Below the pieces are notes generated by a model, which made no database searches, had not been told where the DNA came from, and saw only the letters and a program-made list of their open reading frames with translations. Positions 25,811-39,665 of a stretch of 64,000 nt of DNA are shown in pieces. This stretch comes from Callorhinchus milii (Eukaryota): assembly GCF_018977255.1 (NCBI RefSeq), contig NW_024704743.1, forward strand, positions 37,574,001-37,638,000. Reading direction: 5' to 3'. The position numbers and the translations under genes were made by a program. Numbering within the stretch: the first letter of the stretch is position 1; each line of letters opens with the position of its first letter.

Positions 25811-26344
25811 TCTATTATCAACCAGCTTCAAGTGTGTGCACTCCCCTCCCCCTCTCTTCCAACCCTCCAGCCCCTATGGTTTAGCCTAAAACCAGCTAAT
25901 TCCTCCAGTCACAACCAGTGCTATTGCTGCCGTCTGGACCATCGATGATGTTTCAGAGCCTCTTTGTTACACATTAGCTGAGCTCTGTGAGCTGGTTTCC
26001 AATAATACGATAATTACTGCTTCACATATCATGTTTTTCACCCTGTTCTCATTTCTATGGAAGCAAATATTTAATCTTTGTCCTAGAATTGTTGCAGTTG
26101 CAGTTGTATTGATGTAGGTTGACAAGCTCCTCATTCCGCTATCTGAGCATTGAAATTCCACCTAATCTTAGCTGGTAAGGATTCCAAATTGAGACTGAAT
26201 ATAAGAATTTTTTCACAATTCAATGCAGACTTATAGCTTAAGGCATAATGGTTTTCCAAGCTAAACCTAGGTGGAATTTGAAGCTTCAGGCCTGTATTGA
26301 AAATCTTTGAACAGCTTATGATACGAGTGCACTTTAACCTTTCA

Positions 26345-26873
26345 TTATTATAATAATAATATAATCCTTGCATTTGATAGTGCCTTATCACATCACAGAA
26401 ACATCTCAAAACACTTCAAAGAATATATTGTAAAGTGGATTGATTAATTTGGTCATTCAATCCACGACTGTTTGTGGGTCACTGCTGTGTGCAATTGGAT
26501 CCCGCATTTCTCCCACAAAATATAGTCAATTAATTTTACTACACATTCTGTGAGTTGCTTTGAGATGATGTGATAAGACGCAATATCAAAAAATGCAAGG
26601 ATTTTTTTGTGGGCGAAAGGCAGCAGGCATTCGGGACAGCGGTGTACCACAAAAAGTCGTGGATTGAGTGACCAAATTATTATTTTTAAAGGAATTATTA
26701 CCTCTGGAAAGCGATCCACCAATTGACTAACAACCGGGTTTCTACTTACTGCTGGGTAAACAGAGACATGAGGAGTAAGGAAATTTGCCTAAGGTTTTGC
26801 CCTGTCCGGGAATCAAATCCGGGTCCTCTCACATGCGAGGCGAGTGTGCTAACCACTGCACTACAGTACTCTA
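26345..26873 (-). mobile_element. SINE family A full length (-) with a nested antisense family A 3' half (26445-26604, +)
   Basis: The minus-strand copy is split at gtggattgatt|ttttgtgggcgaaa by a plus-strand core and tail. Confidence 0.88.
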
Positions 26874-27029
26874 AATTGCCTACGTTTCATTCTGAGTCCA
26901 AGCAAGATTCTGACTATTGAATATTTTTCATTGAGAATCTAAGTGCTGCTGGTGCTACTCTGAATCCTGACTCCTCTTTAACCTGAGTCCTGGCCTTACT
27001 CTAAGCCAGTCCGGTAGGTACCTTTGCAT

Positions 27030-27916
<887 letters not shown>

Positions 27917-28197
27917 TAAAAATAAAATGAAAACTTTACCAGACTGTTTTAAAATGTTTTTAAACAGGGTCCAGGACCTTTTCTTTCCTTTATTACTGCA
28001 TGTTTACTAAAATTATTTAATGAGGAGAGTCCAATTTAACCATTATTATGCAATGTAGATGGCCGTATCTGAATTGTCAATGAGTGCAATGGCTCTATAC
28101 AAGCACTTCAGTTTTCTTGTGAGTGGAGCCACAATTTTCAACTGTGCTGATATTCAGCTCAGTCTAACCTAACATACTTAAAGAGAATGTGTGGTAT

Positions 28198-29180
28198 CAA
28201 CAACAACAACAAAATTATATTTGTAAAGTGCCTTTCACTCCGGGAGGACATCCCAAGGCGCTGAAGAGTCAGGGATAAGGACCCGAGCGTGTGGGTCGGG
28301 GCAGGGTTGGGATGAGGGAGGGCAGAGAGTTAGGAGGGCGGCTGAAGGCACGATCAAAAAGGAGGGTTTTGAGTCGGGCCTTGAAGGAGGCAAGGGAGGG
28401 AGGAAGGGAAGGGATTATGGGATGGAGTTCCAAAGGGTGAGGGGCAGAGAGGCTGAAAGCCCATCCTCCAATGGTAGGGCGGGTCGGACGAGAGACATGG
28501 AGCAAGCCAGAGCCTGATGAGCAGAGGGAGCGGATAGGTTGATAGGGGATCAGCAGGTCAGAGATGTAGGAGGGGGCAAGGCCATGGAGGGCCTTGAAAG
28601 TGAGGATGAGGATTTTGAATTCTATCCTCTGAGGGATGGGGAGCCAGTAGAGCTGGGCGAGTGGGGGGCTGATAGGGTCATGGAGCCTGATGCAGGAGAG
28701 GACACGAGTTGCAGAGTTTTGGATGATCTACAACTTTTGGAGGGAAACATTGGGGAGGCCGAAAAGGAGGGAGTTTCCGTAGTCAAGCCTTGAGGTGACA
28801 AATGTGTGTATAAGGGTTTGGGTGGCCTGAAGGGTGAGGCAGTGGTAGAGTCGGGCAATGGCACGGATATGGGGGAGAAAGGACAGTTGAGGGTTGAACA
28901 AGATGCCTAGGTTCCTGACTGACTTGGTGAGGTGGAGTGTGCATCCATGAATGCTGATGCTGCCAGTGCCTGAGGTGCGGAGACGCTGGTGCGAACCAAT
29001 CAGGAGGGCCTTGGTCTTGCTGACATTCAGCTGTAGAAATGTTGGCTCTCATCCACGACTTGATATCTGACAGACAGATTGTCAGGATGTCAGTTGTCTT
29101 GTAATCGAGGGTGGAGGCAGAGAGATAGAATTGGGTGTCATCCACGTACATACGGAAATTGACCTCATGTCTGCGGATTA
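28198..29180 (-). mobile_element. L2 LINE 3' portion including the RT active-site motif
   Basis: ORF 28783..29151 reads YVDDTQFYLS (YADD box)...CLSDIKSWM; (CAA)n tail at 28198. Frameshifted. Confidence 0.93.
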
Positions 29181-29224
29181 TGTATTATGTATAAAAGAAG
29201 AAGAGATAGTATATACAAAAAACA

Positions 29225-30080
29225 ATTAGTAAGCAGAAAACAATCCATAAGGCAAATTGAATGTTGGCCTTTATAATAATAACAATCCACGCATTTGATA
29301 TAACGCCTTATCACGTCGTTTAGATGCTTCAAAATATAGTGAAAAGTGATTTGACTGGATAGTTTACTGTATACTAGATCTTGGCAAATCTTTTAATCCC
29401 AATATCCCGTCCTTTCACCATACCTCTTAATATTACTACTGCCCATTATCTGTCTATCTCTCATTTAAATATTCCTATTGATTCAACCTCTATAGTTTTC
29501 TGGGGCCGAGAATTCCACATTTTCACAACCCTGTGTGAAGAAATGTGTGATTTATAACAAGATGTATGGAATATAAAGTGTTATTGGCTGCACCATTGAT
29601 ATAGAGCTCTGGTCAGAACTCATTTGGTGTGCTTTAGAACCATAAAAATCAGCACAGAAGGCAATTCTGCCCATCGGGTTTGTGTTGGCTTCTTTGAAGA
29701 GCAATCCTTTTATCCAGGTGTCAGGATTGGGTGATTCAATTAAGATGTTTAAAATAACGAAAAAAATTCACAGGTTAGATAGTGAATGACTCTTCCTGAC
29801 CGTAGAGGGATCCATTCCAAGGGGACACAGCCTTAAAATCAGAACTAAGGCAGGAAATATTTCTTCACACAGGGTTGTGAAAATGGATAATTCTCAGTTA
29901 CAGAAAACTATAGAAATGGAATCAATAGGAATATACAATTGAGAAATAGACAGGTAATGGATAGAAGTGGTATTAAGGGAAACGGTGAAGGACAGGATAT
30001 TCAGATTAAAAGATTTGCCAAGATCTAGTAAACTGGCTAAATGAGCTGAATGGTCTTCTTCTGTTCCTGTTATCTTATGT
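29225..30080 (+). mobile_element. CR1 3' portion carrying nested inserts (29277-29550; ~29635-29710)
   Basis: KANxMLAFI|TRxMEYK motif is split by the insert; RGHSLKI and the CR1 tail lie downstream. Confidence 0.8.
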
Positions 30081-32574
30081 GCAGAGGTACCATCGTGTGG
30101 GATAGGTATTTCCAGCAGTGCTTTTAATTACATGATCTGATGGTACAATTACCTTCAGAAAAATATTGTACCATTGTGGGATCATTGTATCACTGGTTTT
30201 AAAGTGCTTTGAGAAGTCTCGAAGATGTGATAAGGTGCAATATCAATGCAAGGATTATTATTATAAAAACCCACTTATCCAGCAATGACAACTGTTCTGT
30301 TCCCTAAGAACAGAAGAATGGGCTGATATCTGTGCATGAGCAGCGAGGGTCCATCATTATAGTCAGATTGTTTAAGGAGATAAATACCTCCTGCACAAGA
30401 GTTTCTCCAAGAGCTAATTTCGTGTTCGGACAAATCTTGTCTAAAATTATAATAAAATGATATCCCCAAACCTGGCTGAATGCTAAGAATCTGTTCAGAG
30501 GCAAGTAACTAGTCTAACTGGACTAACTTGTCCTTTCTGAAGCTATGGAACTACCAGCACATGTCCCTCAAAATTTGACATTAGATTTTTTTTAAAAAGC
30601 TGGGCAAAGTGACCAACTATGGGCTTCATTGAAAACATGTCTCCAAATTGCGGAGTGAGCTGGTGACTGACAATGCATGGAATTCTCAACAGGAAGAGAT
30701 GCAGTTCACATTCCCTTTTTTATGCAAAGTACTTCTGGGCCCATTTTGGGAAGACATCTGACTTATAAGTGGGCTTTCATTTAATGTGGCCATTCTATGG
30801 ACAAAATTGAAAAGCTGCTGATTGATAGAGTAACTATTGAGTGTTCACATCGAGGGCAGGAAGCCGTTAGTTAATCCGTTTAACTAATGAATGATTTGGT
30901 CATTGCCTCTCAGTATTTTGTTCTGAAGATGAGGCTCCCTCTTGTTGCATTTTTTTCACCTCACCTCCTCCCCCACCCCGCCATCGCAGTCCTCTGCCAA
31001 TGTCACTCAAAGTGAGCTGGGACGAATACCTATGGAAACCTTCCCTATGGAATACACCTCTCCCTGTAGTTGTACATTAAGGTCAGGAAGACAGCATGTG
31101 AGAGAGCTGTAAACAAGCACTCAGATCCCATCACTGCACATTAGTACTCCAGTGTATTGACCTTTTTGTCTTTCAGCACTTCAACAATTAACCGGAACAA
31201 AATGTCCATAATACTCTGCATGTGGTGTTCTCAGTACAGCCTCACTAGCTCTAGATGGATTTCTTAAACTTATCTTTTCAGTAGTAACACCACAAGATTG
31301 TATATCAAAACCCAAGCTAATAATACTTTCCTCCAAATTTCTCCCATTCCCAGTCAATCTTTCATTGATCTTGGAAAAGTGTTCCTATTTATTTGATATC
31401 TGTGAAAAAATCCTCCCCTCTTTTTCAAACCATCATAGCGCAGCTCTTATATCTATATTTCCACTATAACGTTAGGGAAACTACCTCTAAAATTATCTAA
31501 AAAATTATTCATTGCTTTAAAATCTCTTGCCTATTCTACATCAGTATAGTTTTCAATGTAGCTCTTTTCTTTGAATCACTTATTTGTGCTTATTTAGAGT
31601 TTGCCCTCTGTCTCTTTCCTCTGCACATTGCCTCTGTTTTCTCTCTCAGAATATAGAAGAAATACTATTTCTAGCACTTTCAGAGATCCTCCTGATGTTG
31701 TTGTTGTATTTGATTTTTTGAGCCTGTGCTGGTGCCAATTCCTCCAGTGGAGCTTTCCACTTTAATCCCAATACCCTGCTCTTTTCCCAGACCTTTTCAG
31801 ATGATTCCTCTTCATATACTTTTTTTTATAAATGGGATGATCTCAGTCTCAGTAGCCACTTACACCAAAGTATTTCTTCTCCCTGTTGATATTCTCCTTC
31901 ACTCATCATTCAACTTCATCTATACTTTACTGATGATTAAACTTCAGTTTCCTTCAGGTCAGATACCCTCCCAATAAACACATTTAATTTTTCCGGATTC
32001 ATTCAGATTCATAGCCTCTTATCCCCTCTGACCTCAGATGAATTTATCATGATTAAAACTGCCCCAGAAAAGCTTTGACTTCTCTTCTGTGCTAAGCACA
32101 CTTCATTAATTCTCTGTAAAGTTCATGTCTGTTCAAGGCTGAAGTGCTTCTCACTTCATCCAAGGCAGTAGATACCATCCATGTTTGATTGAAGGATTTT
32201 CTTAAGAGTTTGAATTTTAGCAAGTGGAGTTCATCTGCTTAACTTGGCAATGATGTTGTAATTTTGTGCTATCTTTTTCTGATTCTGGGTTACACAATGA
32301 GGTCTAATTTGCATTATTTCTTAGAAGAATTCCTTAACGAGGACTGAAAATATGCAGTAATAACAATCCAAACTGCGAGTACAAACTTGAACACTTTAAT
32401 TTGGAATATAATCAGCAGTGTGCTATGTTTAATATTTAGGAATATGCAGTACAGCTCAATTTACATTTATACAGTATATTTCACGTTGGAAGGATATCTC
32501 AAAGGGCTATGATTGATATGAATTGTTTTTATGTTTACTTAACCTTCTGTTTCAACTAGTCCAGAATAATAAAA

Positions 32575-32850
32575 ACAGAATACGGCCTGCGATTGAAGGG
32601 GGGTAAATTCAGGATGTGTCTACGGGAACACTATTTCAGTGAGTGAATAGTAAACCTGTGGAACAGGCTCCCTAGGGAGACGGTTGAAGCAAAAAGTGTT
32701 GATTCCTTCAAACACAGATTAGATCTTCTTTTTTAGGAAATAACATTATGGGATATAGTATATAGGGACATGTACATATGACCTCCAGGAAGGTGGAAGG
32801 CAAACTAGATAGACTTTGATCTTTTTTCATCTATCATTTCTTATGTTCTG
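32575..32850 (+). mobile_element. CR1 3' fragment
   Basis: Encodes YFSExIVNLWNRLP; ttcttatgttct tail. Confidence 0.8.
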
Positions 32851-33174
32851 ATGGTTATTTGCCAGTTTGGTGGTGGTGGTGGTGAGGATAGAGGGCTTCT
32901 ATTGTGGGCCGCAATAGGTATCCGTCTTACACTGTTTAATCACACAATTTGGCAGGATTTGCACCGTTTGACAAGCAGTGATGGGTTTTATTTGATCGGG
33001 TACATAAGTGCTTTGAGATGTCTTGCTGACATGATAAGGCACAATTTCAAATCCATGGGATCTGATAATATTTGTGAAAGCTTTCCTGCATTTCAATTAT
33101 TGCACACAATGCATTTATTGTAACTGCATTTGCCAGCTGCGCAAATGTCTAACTAAGTGAAATTCCATTTTTAG

Positions 33175-33291
<117 letters not shown>

Positions 33292-33774
33292 TAGTCACAC
33301 TTGCACTTCTTATACTGTGAAACAATAGTAATGAGAAAGGCCATTTGGCACACGATGCTATTGATTGAAGACCATGTTCAAGTCCCACGGAGGGTCATGT
33401 GGCAAAAATTTCATCTGGGTCTAAACTTGCCCTATTTTCATAGCATTTCAAAGCAGGTAGGCAGAGGAGGGAGTTTCTCGCAGTATTCTGGCTAACGATT
33501 TCCCAAATAAAATTTGAGATGCACTTCAAATCTGTTTGTGGGACATTGCTGTGCTCAAATTGTCTGGACACATTTGCCAACCAAATACGCAGTCACTACC
33601 CTTTACAGTGAATCCCGTGAAGTCTTTGGAGACCTCCTCCTGACATGATAGGCACTATATCAAATGCAAGGATGATTATTTTTAAATTTAATCTTATTTT
33701 GAAACCTATTTCCTAAAGCCCTTTAAAACATTTAAGATTAAATTCTGCACACTGCTGAAATGCTGAGAAAATTT

Positions 33775-34180
33775 GTGCAGTCCTGCAGCATATTGGTTAG
33801 AGCACTTGCCTCGCAAGTGAGAGGATTTGGGTTCAATTCCCAGGCAAGGCGAAACCTTAGGCAAGCTTCCTTACTCTGCACGCCTGTTTACCTAGTAATA
33901 AGTTGGAACTTAGTTGTTCGTCAATTGGGTGAGCATTTTCCAGCAGTAATAATCCCTCCCCATAAATAAATAAATACATACATACATACATACACACACA
34001 CATACATTGTCACTCAATCCACGACTGTTTGTGGGACACTGCTGTCCGCAATTGGCTGCCGCTTTTCGACCACAAAATATACAGTTAATTCACTTTGCAG
34101 TACATTCTGTGAAGCGCTTTGAGATGTCTCAATGACATGATAGGGCGCTATATTAAATGTAAAGATTATTATTATATTAT
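33775..34180 (+). mobile_element. SINE family A full length, with (TAAA)n(TACA)n(CA)n microsatellite in the A-rich linker (33962-34005)
   Basis: Head, core and tail are all present. The microsatellite replaces the usual AAAAAATAAT linker. Confidence 0.9.
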
Positions 34181-34510
34181 TAAAATAGTACACATCTGGA
34201 CCCAGGTGGATTTTGACTCCCCCACCCTATGACTTTGATGATGATGAATTGAGTTCTTTATTCAAATTGTATGAAGTATAATTGGTAATGCAGAGCTAAG
34301 ATTGAATCAAAGATGAGCTGAATAAAAATCCGAGATGGCTTTAAACTGACCTCTGTTACCATGGGTGTAAAGCTGCCAGGTTTTCGCTAGCAGTTGAATG
34401 TGCATTGCTGCAGACAATATGCACTCATCCTTGCATTTAGCCTAGAGAGATGAGCTGGAGTAATCTTCAATTACTAATGAATCAACTAGCTTGGCAAACA
34501 CGAGTATTAA

Positions 34511-34660
<150 letters not shown>

Positions 34661-37600
34661 TAATGACCTCTCAAATCCCAGCTAAACCAGGACTCCCAAG
34701 CAACGGTGAGGATCAATTGCTAGAAATGTTTTCATTTCATGAAAAATAACGTGTGGCATAATGTGCAGCACCATATATTTATCAATTTTTGTAACAATAC
34801 AAAGTGTGTCACAAAGTGGCAGCATTGCTGGTCTCCAGGTAGCTATCTTACTCTTTATACGTGTAAAGTTAAAGATAACATTCTTTAAATATTATAGGCT
34901 TACATGTTTCTGGCAGGTTTCTGTTGCTGGCACAATCTGTCACACCTGTCACAATCCAGACTAAGTGGTAAGTGTTGGAATGCTACTTGCAGCAAACCTA
35001 TATTTTTGGCTATTCATTCAACTAATGGTGAAACAAATGCTGGATGAAAAAGAGTGAAAGTCAGATGATTCACGTGATAATAATTATACTAATCTTTACA
35101 TTTGTACAGTGTTTTTCACCTCGGGAGGACGTCCCAAAACTCTTCACAGGATTTACTGCAGAGTAACTGTGTGTTTTGTGGGTGAACGTGGCAGCCAATT
35201 TGCGCACAGCAATGTCCCACAGCAGCTGTGCAGATAATGTATGAAAGTACAAGATTTTCCAAAGTATTGTGTTGTCATTTCTTTGGTGCTGACCCCGTTC
35301 TGTAAAATGCTGCTATACGCTATGAAGTAGGTGGAAGGCAGCCCAACTTCAGTAACGTTCAGAGCAGTCAAAGGGGCTAGTTCATAGTGAAAGATGGGAA
35401 CTGGGGCTCTGAGTCCGTAATAATCTTTTTCAATGTGAACATTGTGTAAAACCTGGATATGAATCTTATACTTAAAGCAACATTTGCTCACAGCAGCCGT
35501 TTTCAATACTTGAATAGGGAGCTCTTTGTTTGAATAAAAGAAATTATTCCTTTCAAATAAGAATTTCCTGACATGGGGTCTTGATTCCCTCAGACTATCA
35601 CATCACGGAAGAGATTAATGAGCGCATTTCAATACAACCAAACTCATTTTGCACTGTGCTGAGTGGACTGCTGACAGGAGGAAAGAAAGATTCTTAATTC
35701 ACTTTAAATCGATTGATTTTTTATACAGTAAATATATATATAGAGAGAGAGAGGTGAAAATATTCTTGGGAGGCAATAAAATGCAGTTAAAGAATCGGTC
35801 CCCTTCAAGACAGGTGAGCTGTTGGCTTGATTGACAGGTCCATCAGTCAATCAAAGGTGAGGACGCCCTGCCGAGCAGCCTCCTGGACCACAAGTGGGAG
35901 AGCCCCACTAATGATTTGGGAGAGAGGCAAGAGGGGGCCCCCGCGTGGGTGCTGTTGGCTGGGGCTGCTCGGAAGACTGGTTGGAGCTCAGGGCTTCCCT
36001 CACCCAGCTCCCCCTTATAGAGCTGAGCTGTAGGTGGATTTGGGGGCTAAGCCTCCTCTGCTGCTATTGACCCCCAAATTATTGCGCAGAACTCTGCTTT
36101 CAACCCACTTGACAGCCTCTGCTGCCTGATTTATAACAGCAGAAGGAAATACAATGTGCTGAAAATTCAGCTCCCATTTGTTGCTATAAATAGACTCAAT
36201 TGGTGGCTCTTCAACTGCCCCAGAATCACCAGAAAGGGATGCCTCAGATCTGGGACAGTATAGAGGTGCTTGAGGTCCTTTGTCATACTGTCAAACTCCC
36301 AGCACTGTGCGTGCACTGATATCCCGACCATTCTTCCCTTCCCCACATAACTCGCTTCCCATCACAGTAATGTGTCTGAGACTTAACCAGCCTGCTGGTA
36401 CTGCTACCGTTGATTAAAAACTAAATGAACTGAAAAATGTGGCGATCTAAGCATTTGCCCAAAGTCTGAACAGGGCGTGCAATTAGGTGGTTGCATCTTG
36501 GGATATATTCACTGCACAATAGACATTGCACAATATTATAAGCTTCCAGTTTTAAGTTTTATGTGCTTTGTATTCACAGCAAAAGGGGTTCATAGCAGTT
36601 AAATTTTAAATGACACAAATGGTTGTCAAACCCAGAACGTGTGCATGCTGAATATGTAGCATCCTGTTGGAGACTTGTGCTAATCATCTGTGAACACATT
36701 TGTACAGAAGGAATTACAGCCTCCCATAATTATGCAATTTAACAAGCAATGAAATGGGTTACAGCATCATTAATTATACAATTAGGGGCAACTATAATTC
36801 CCTCTTTACACGTATTTACACGTGGTGAGCAGAACTCACAAATTAATCCCTGTCAGGTATAAAACATCTGCTGTAGATGGTTGTACGTCACAATAAATTG
36901 AAAATAGTGATACGTGGTGTAATAATTTGCATTTTGCACCCCCAAGCTTGATAATGAATTCACCCAATTAGTGGGAACAAGTGTTGTTTATATCCTCTCC
37001 AATTGGGTTGAGCTGAGTTTTAGCCTCCATCAATGTACTGAGAAATTCAGCTGAAATTTAGAGACAAGGGGGGTATTCTCCCATTCATTAGGTTTGTTTT
37101 GTCAACCAGGTGTCAGCCATACAGAGAAACCCATCACCATGCTTAAGAGTATCCAAACCAAAGTGAAGAGTTCCATATATGTATGAAAATTTCTGTTGGT
37201 CTGGTGTGGACTCACATCCATGATTTGTTCACATGAGCTATGGGCCTTCAGACTGCTGTTGTCTGCCATCATCTCTAATAATCTTGACAGCCGTGAAAAG
37301 AAATAATGAGGCCAGTTCTAAAGCTGTCTTGCTGCTTCTCAATTGTGCACAATCGTGCTTGGTATAGCTGCTGTGCTCAGCTGTGATTTCTCAAAGACAG
37401 CTGAAAGCATGTGCTAGATGTATCCCTGCCAAATAATCAATGTAATCCTAACAGTAATAGACCCAATTGCAGTGAATTACTAAACAGGTACTTCAGTATA
37501 ACACTCAGTTCTTTGCTTGTCACATGGAGGGCCGTCGATTCTGCGGAACGAACACTTTTCCCCTTTAAATTAACTGACAGCATCAATTCCCTACACCGCT

Positions 37601-37844
37601 GTTCCAATATAATTTAAAGGTCTTCCTGTTCTCCATGCCTTGAGATAAAGCAAAAGGCAATATTTTAAATATTAATTTTTAAAGAAGGCATTTGAGATCA
37701 GTGGATTTTTTTCACCTAAGGTTTATTTTTAATTGGTACACACATACATAGAAACATTTAAAAAAATGCTTTTTTTAAAAAATCTGCATCTTTAAAAAAC
37801 AAATAATGGTAGAATTCTTCTCTGAGGGTTTACTTTTCTATTTT

Positions 37845-38235
37845 ACAAGATCACAAGAGAGATTTGGATGAAGAAGGTCCTTCAACCCATTTCAGAACCA
37901 TCCTTGTATAGAAACAGGAGTAGGTTATTTAGCCCCTCGAGCCTGTTCCGCCATTCTATCAGATCATGGCTGATCTGTACCTCAACTCCAATTACCCACC
38001 CTTGCCCCGTATCTATTAATACCCTGACCTAAAAAATATCTATCCACCTCAGTCTTGAAGATGTGAATTGGATCCAGCATCCACAGCCTTATGGGGGAGA
38101 GAGTTCCAGATTTCCACTACCGTTTGAGTGAAAAACTGCCTTCTAATTTCACTCCTAAATTCAGCTCTAATTTTAAGATTATACCCCCTTGTTCTGGATT
38201 CCGCTTCCAGAGGACATAATTTCGCTGTATCTTAA
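37845..38235 (-). mobile_element. CR1 3' fragments (two tails)
   Basis: agcccctcgagcctgttccgccattc...agatcatggctgatctg...gagagttccagatttccactacc. Confidence 0.85.
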
Positions 38236-39374
38236 TTCCTTACCGTTTCTCTGAGTGATTAAGTAAATTAGGACCAGTCACACCAAATTTCAAGGTAGCT
38301 TCAGGCTTTGTATGTCTCCGTTCAAGGGGCAGGATCACTGAGTAAATATCGCAAGATGCTGCTTTACACTGTTTATTAAAAAAGGTCCAACTTTCATTGA
38401 TCACTACACTGACAATCTTTTTGTCGTACATTTATAATGGGATTTCCCATTGAAACAATTAAGAGGATCCCAATGTTAATCACCAGGCACGATTAGACCC
38501 CCATGGTGATAAGTTTGGCAATGTAATCAAGTCATTGCTTTATGGGTTGTGTCTACTGCTAATAATACACTTTGATTTTCACTTTGAGATTTTAATTTAA
38601 TTTTCACCCTGCTGTACACGATTGGCTGCCGCGTTTCACCCACAAAATATACAGTCAATTCACTTTACAGTATATTCTGTGAAGTGCTTTGAGATGTCTC
38701 AATGACGTGATAAGGCACTATACCAAATGCAAAGTTTATTATTGTTATTATTTTAGCTTTATTTCAAGCAAATTGTTAAAATAAAAACCGAAGTTCACAC
38801 TGCGGCCATAGAGTAAACTTACGCCAATGAGGAGACCCTTGTTTTATCCACTTTGCTCTTCACTGTATACATTGGTCACAAAATCCTTATAGAATCACTT
38901 TAATGTGATTGATCCTGTGTGAGAACATTACAGCAGAAGTTCAGTGACTGCAAATAGGAAAATGAGTTTAAAAGTATAAAATTGATTATCTACAAGGTAC
39001 AAAGTTATTATTATTCTTGCAGGGAACTTTTCTGTGCAAGGTTCCTCTAACCAATGAATATAAATCGTTTTAATCTAGTTCCTAGTGCAAATTGGATCAC
39101 AGCATAATACTTGTTCTTAATTCAGCAGTCTTTCACTTTCAGTCTTGCATAGAGGTCACTGTATGGCTAGTGTAGGAAGTGGACGATTTCATGCTGATGC
39201 ATGTTATTGTTAGAGCAGAACACATTATTAGGCCAGAATACAGGAAGGTTCATTCTGTATCAGCATTATACCTGACCTGGAGAGTGTTTGAAGTGTTGCT
39301 GGAATCGCTGGGTGTTCAAAATGGGAAAGATTCTATCCGTGACATTCTTGACCATGATATGCACAAAATCTGCT

Positions 39375-39665
39375 GCTGAATGAGGATGAGAGTGGGAGAT
39401 GGGGAGAGAGTTGCAGTGGCAGAGGCAGCTGAGCGGATTCCCTCGACTTTGGATTTGAGGAAGTCCAGCATCGCTTCGCAGTTGGCATTTGAAGTGAGGA
39501 TGGGTGAGGTGTGAGAGGGTGGTCGAAGGAGCCAGTTGGTGATGGAGAAGAGGAGCCTGGGGTTGTGCTTGGCATCCAAGATTGTCTTGAAGTAGAACGA
39601 CAATTTAGCGGAAGCGAGGGCGGAGCAGTAAGATTTGAAGGTCCAGCCAGATCTGCCAATGGTAA
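39375..39665 (-). mobile_element. L2 ORF2 internal fragment
   Basis: ORF 39316..39717 reads YCSALASAKLSFYFKTI...NPRLLFSITNWLL...FLKSKVEGIR, resembling the L2 endonuclease-RT linker. Confidence 0.8.

Noticed and set aside
35750..37050. Patchy inverted motifs suggesting further MITEs (also ~6645-6815, 10050-10490, 43790-43860)
   Set aside because: Too degenerate to define ends or TSDs by eye.
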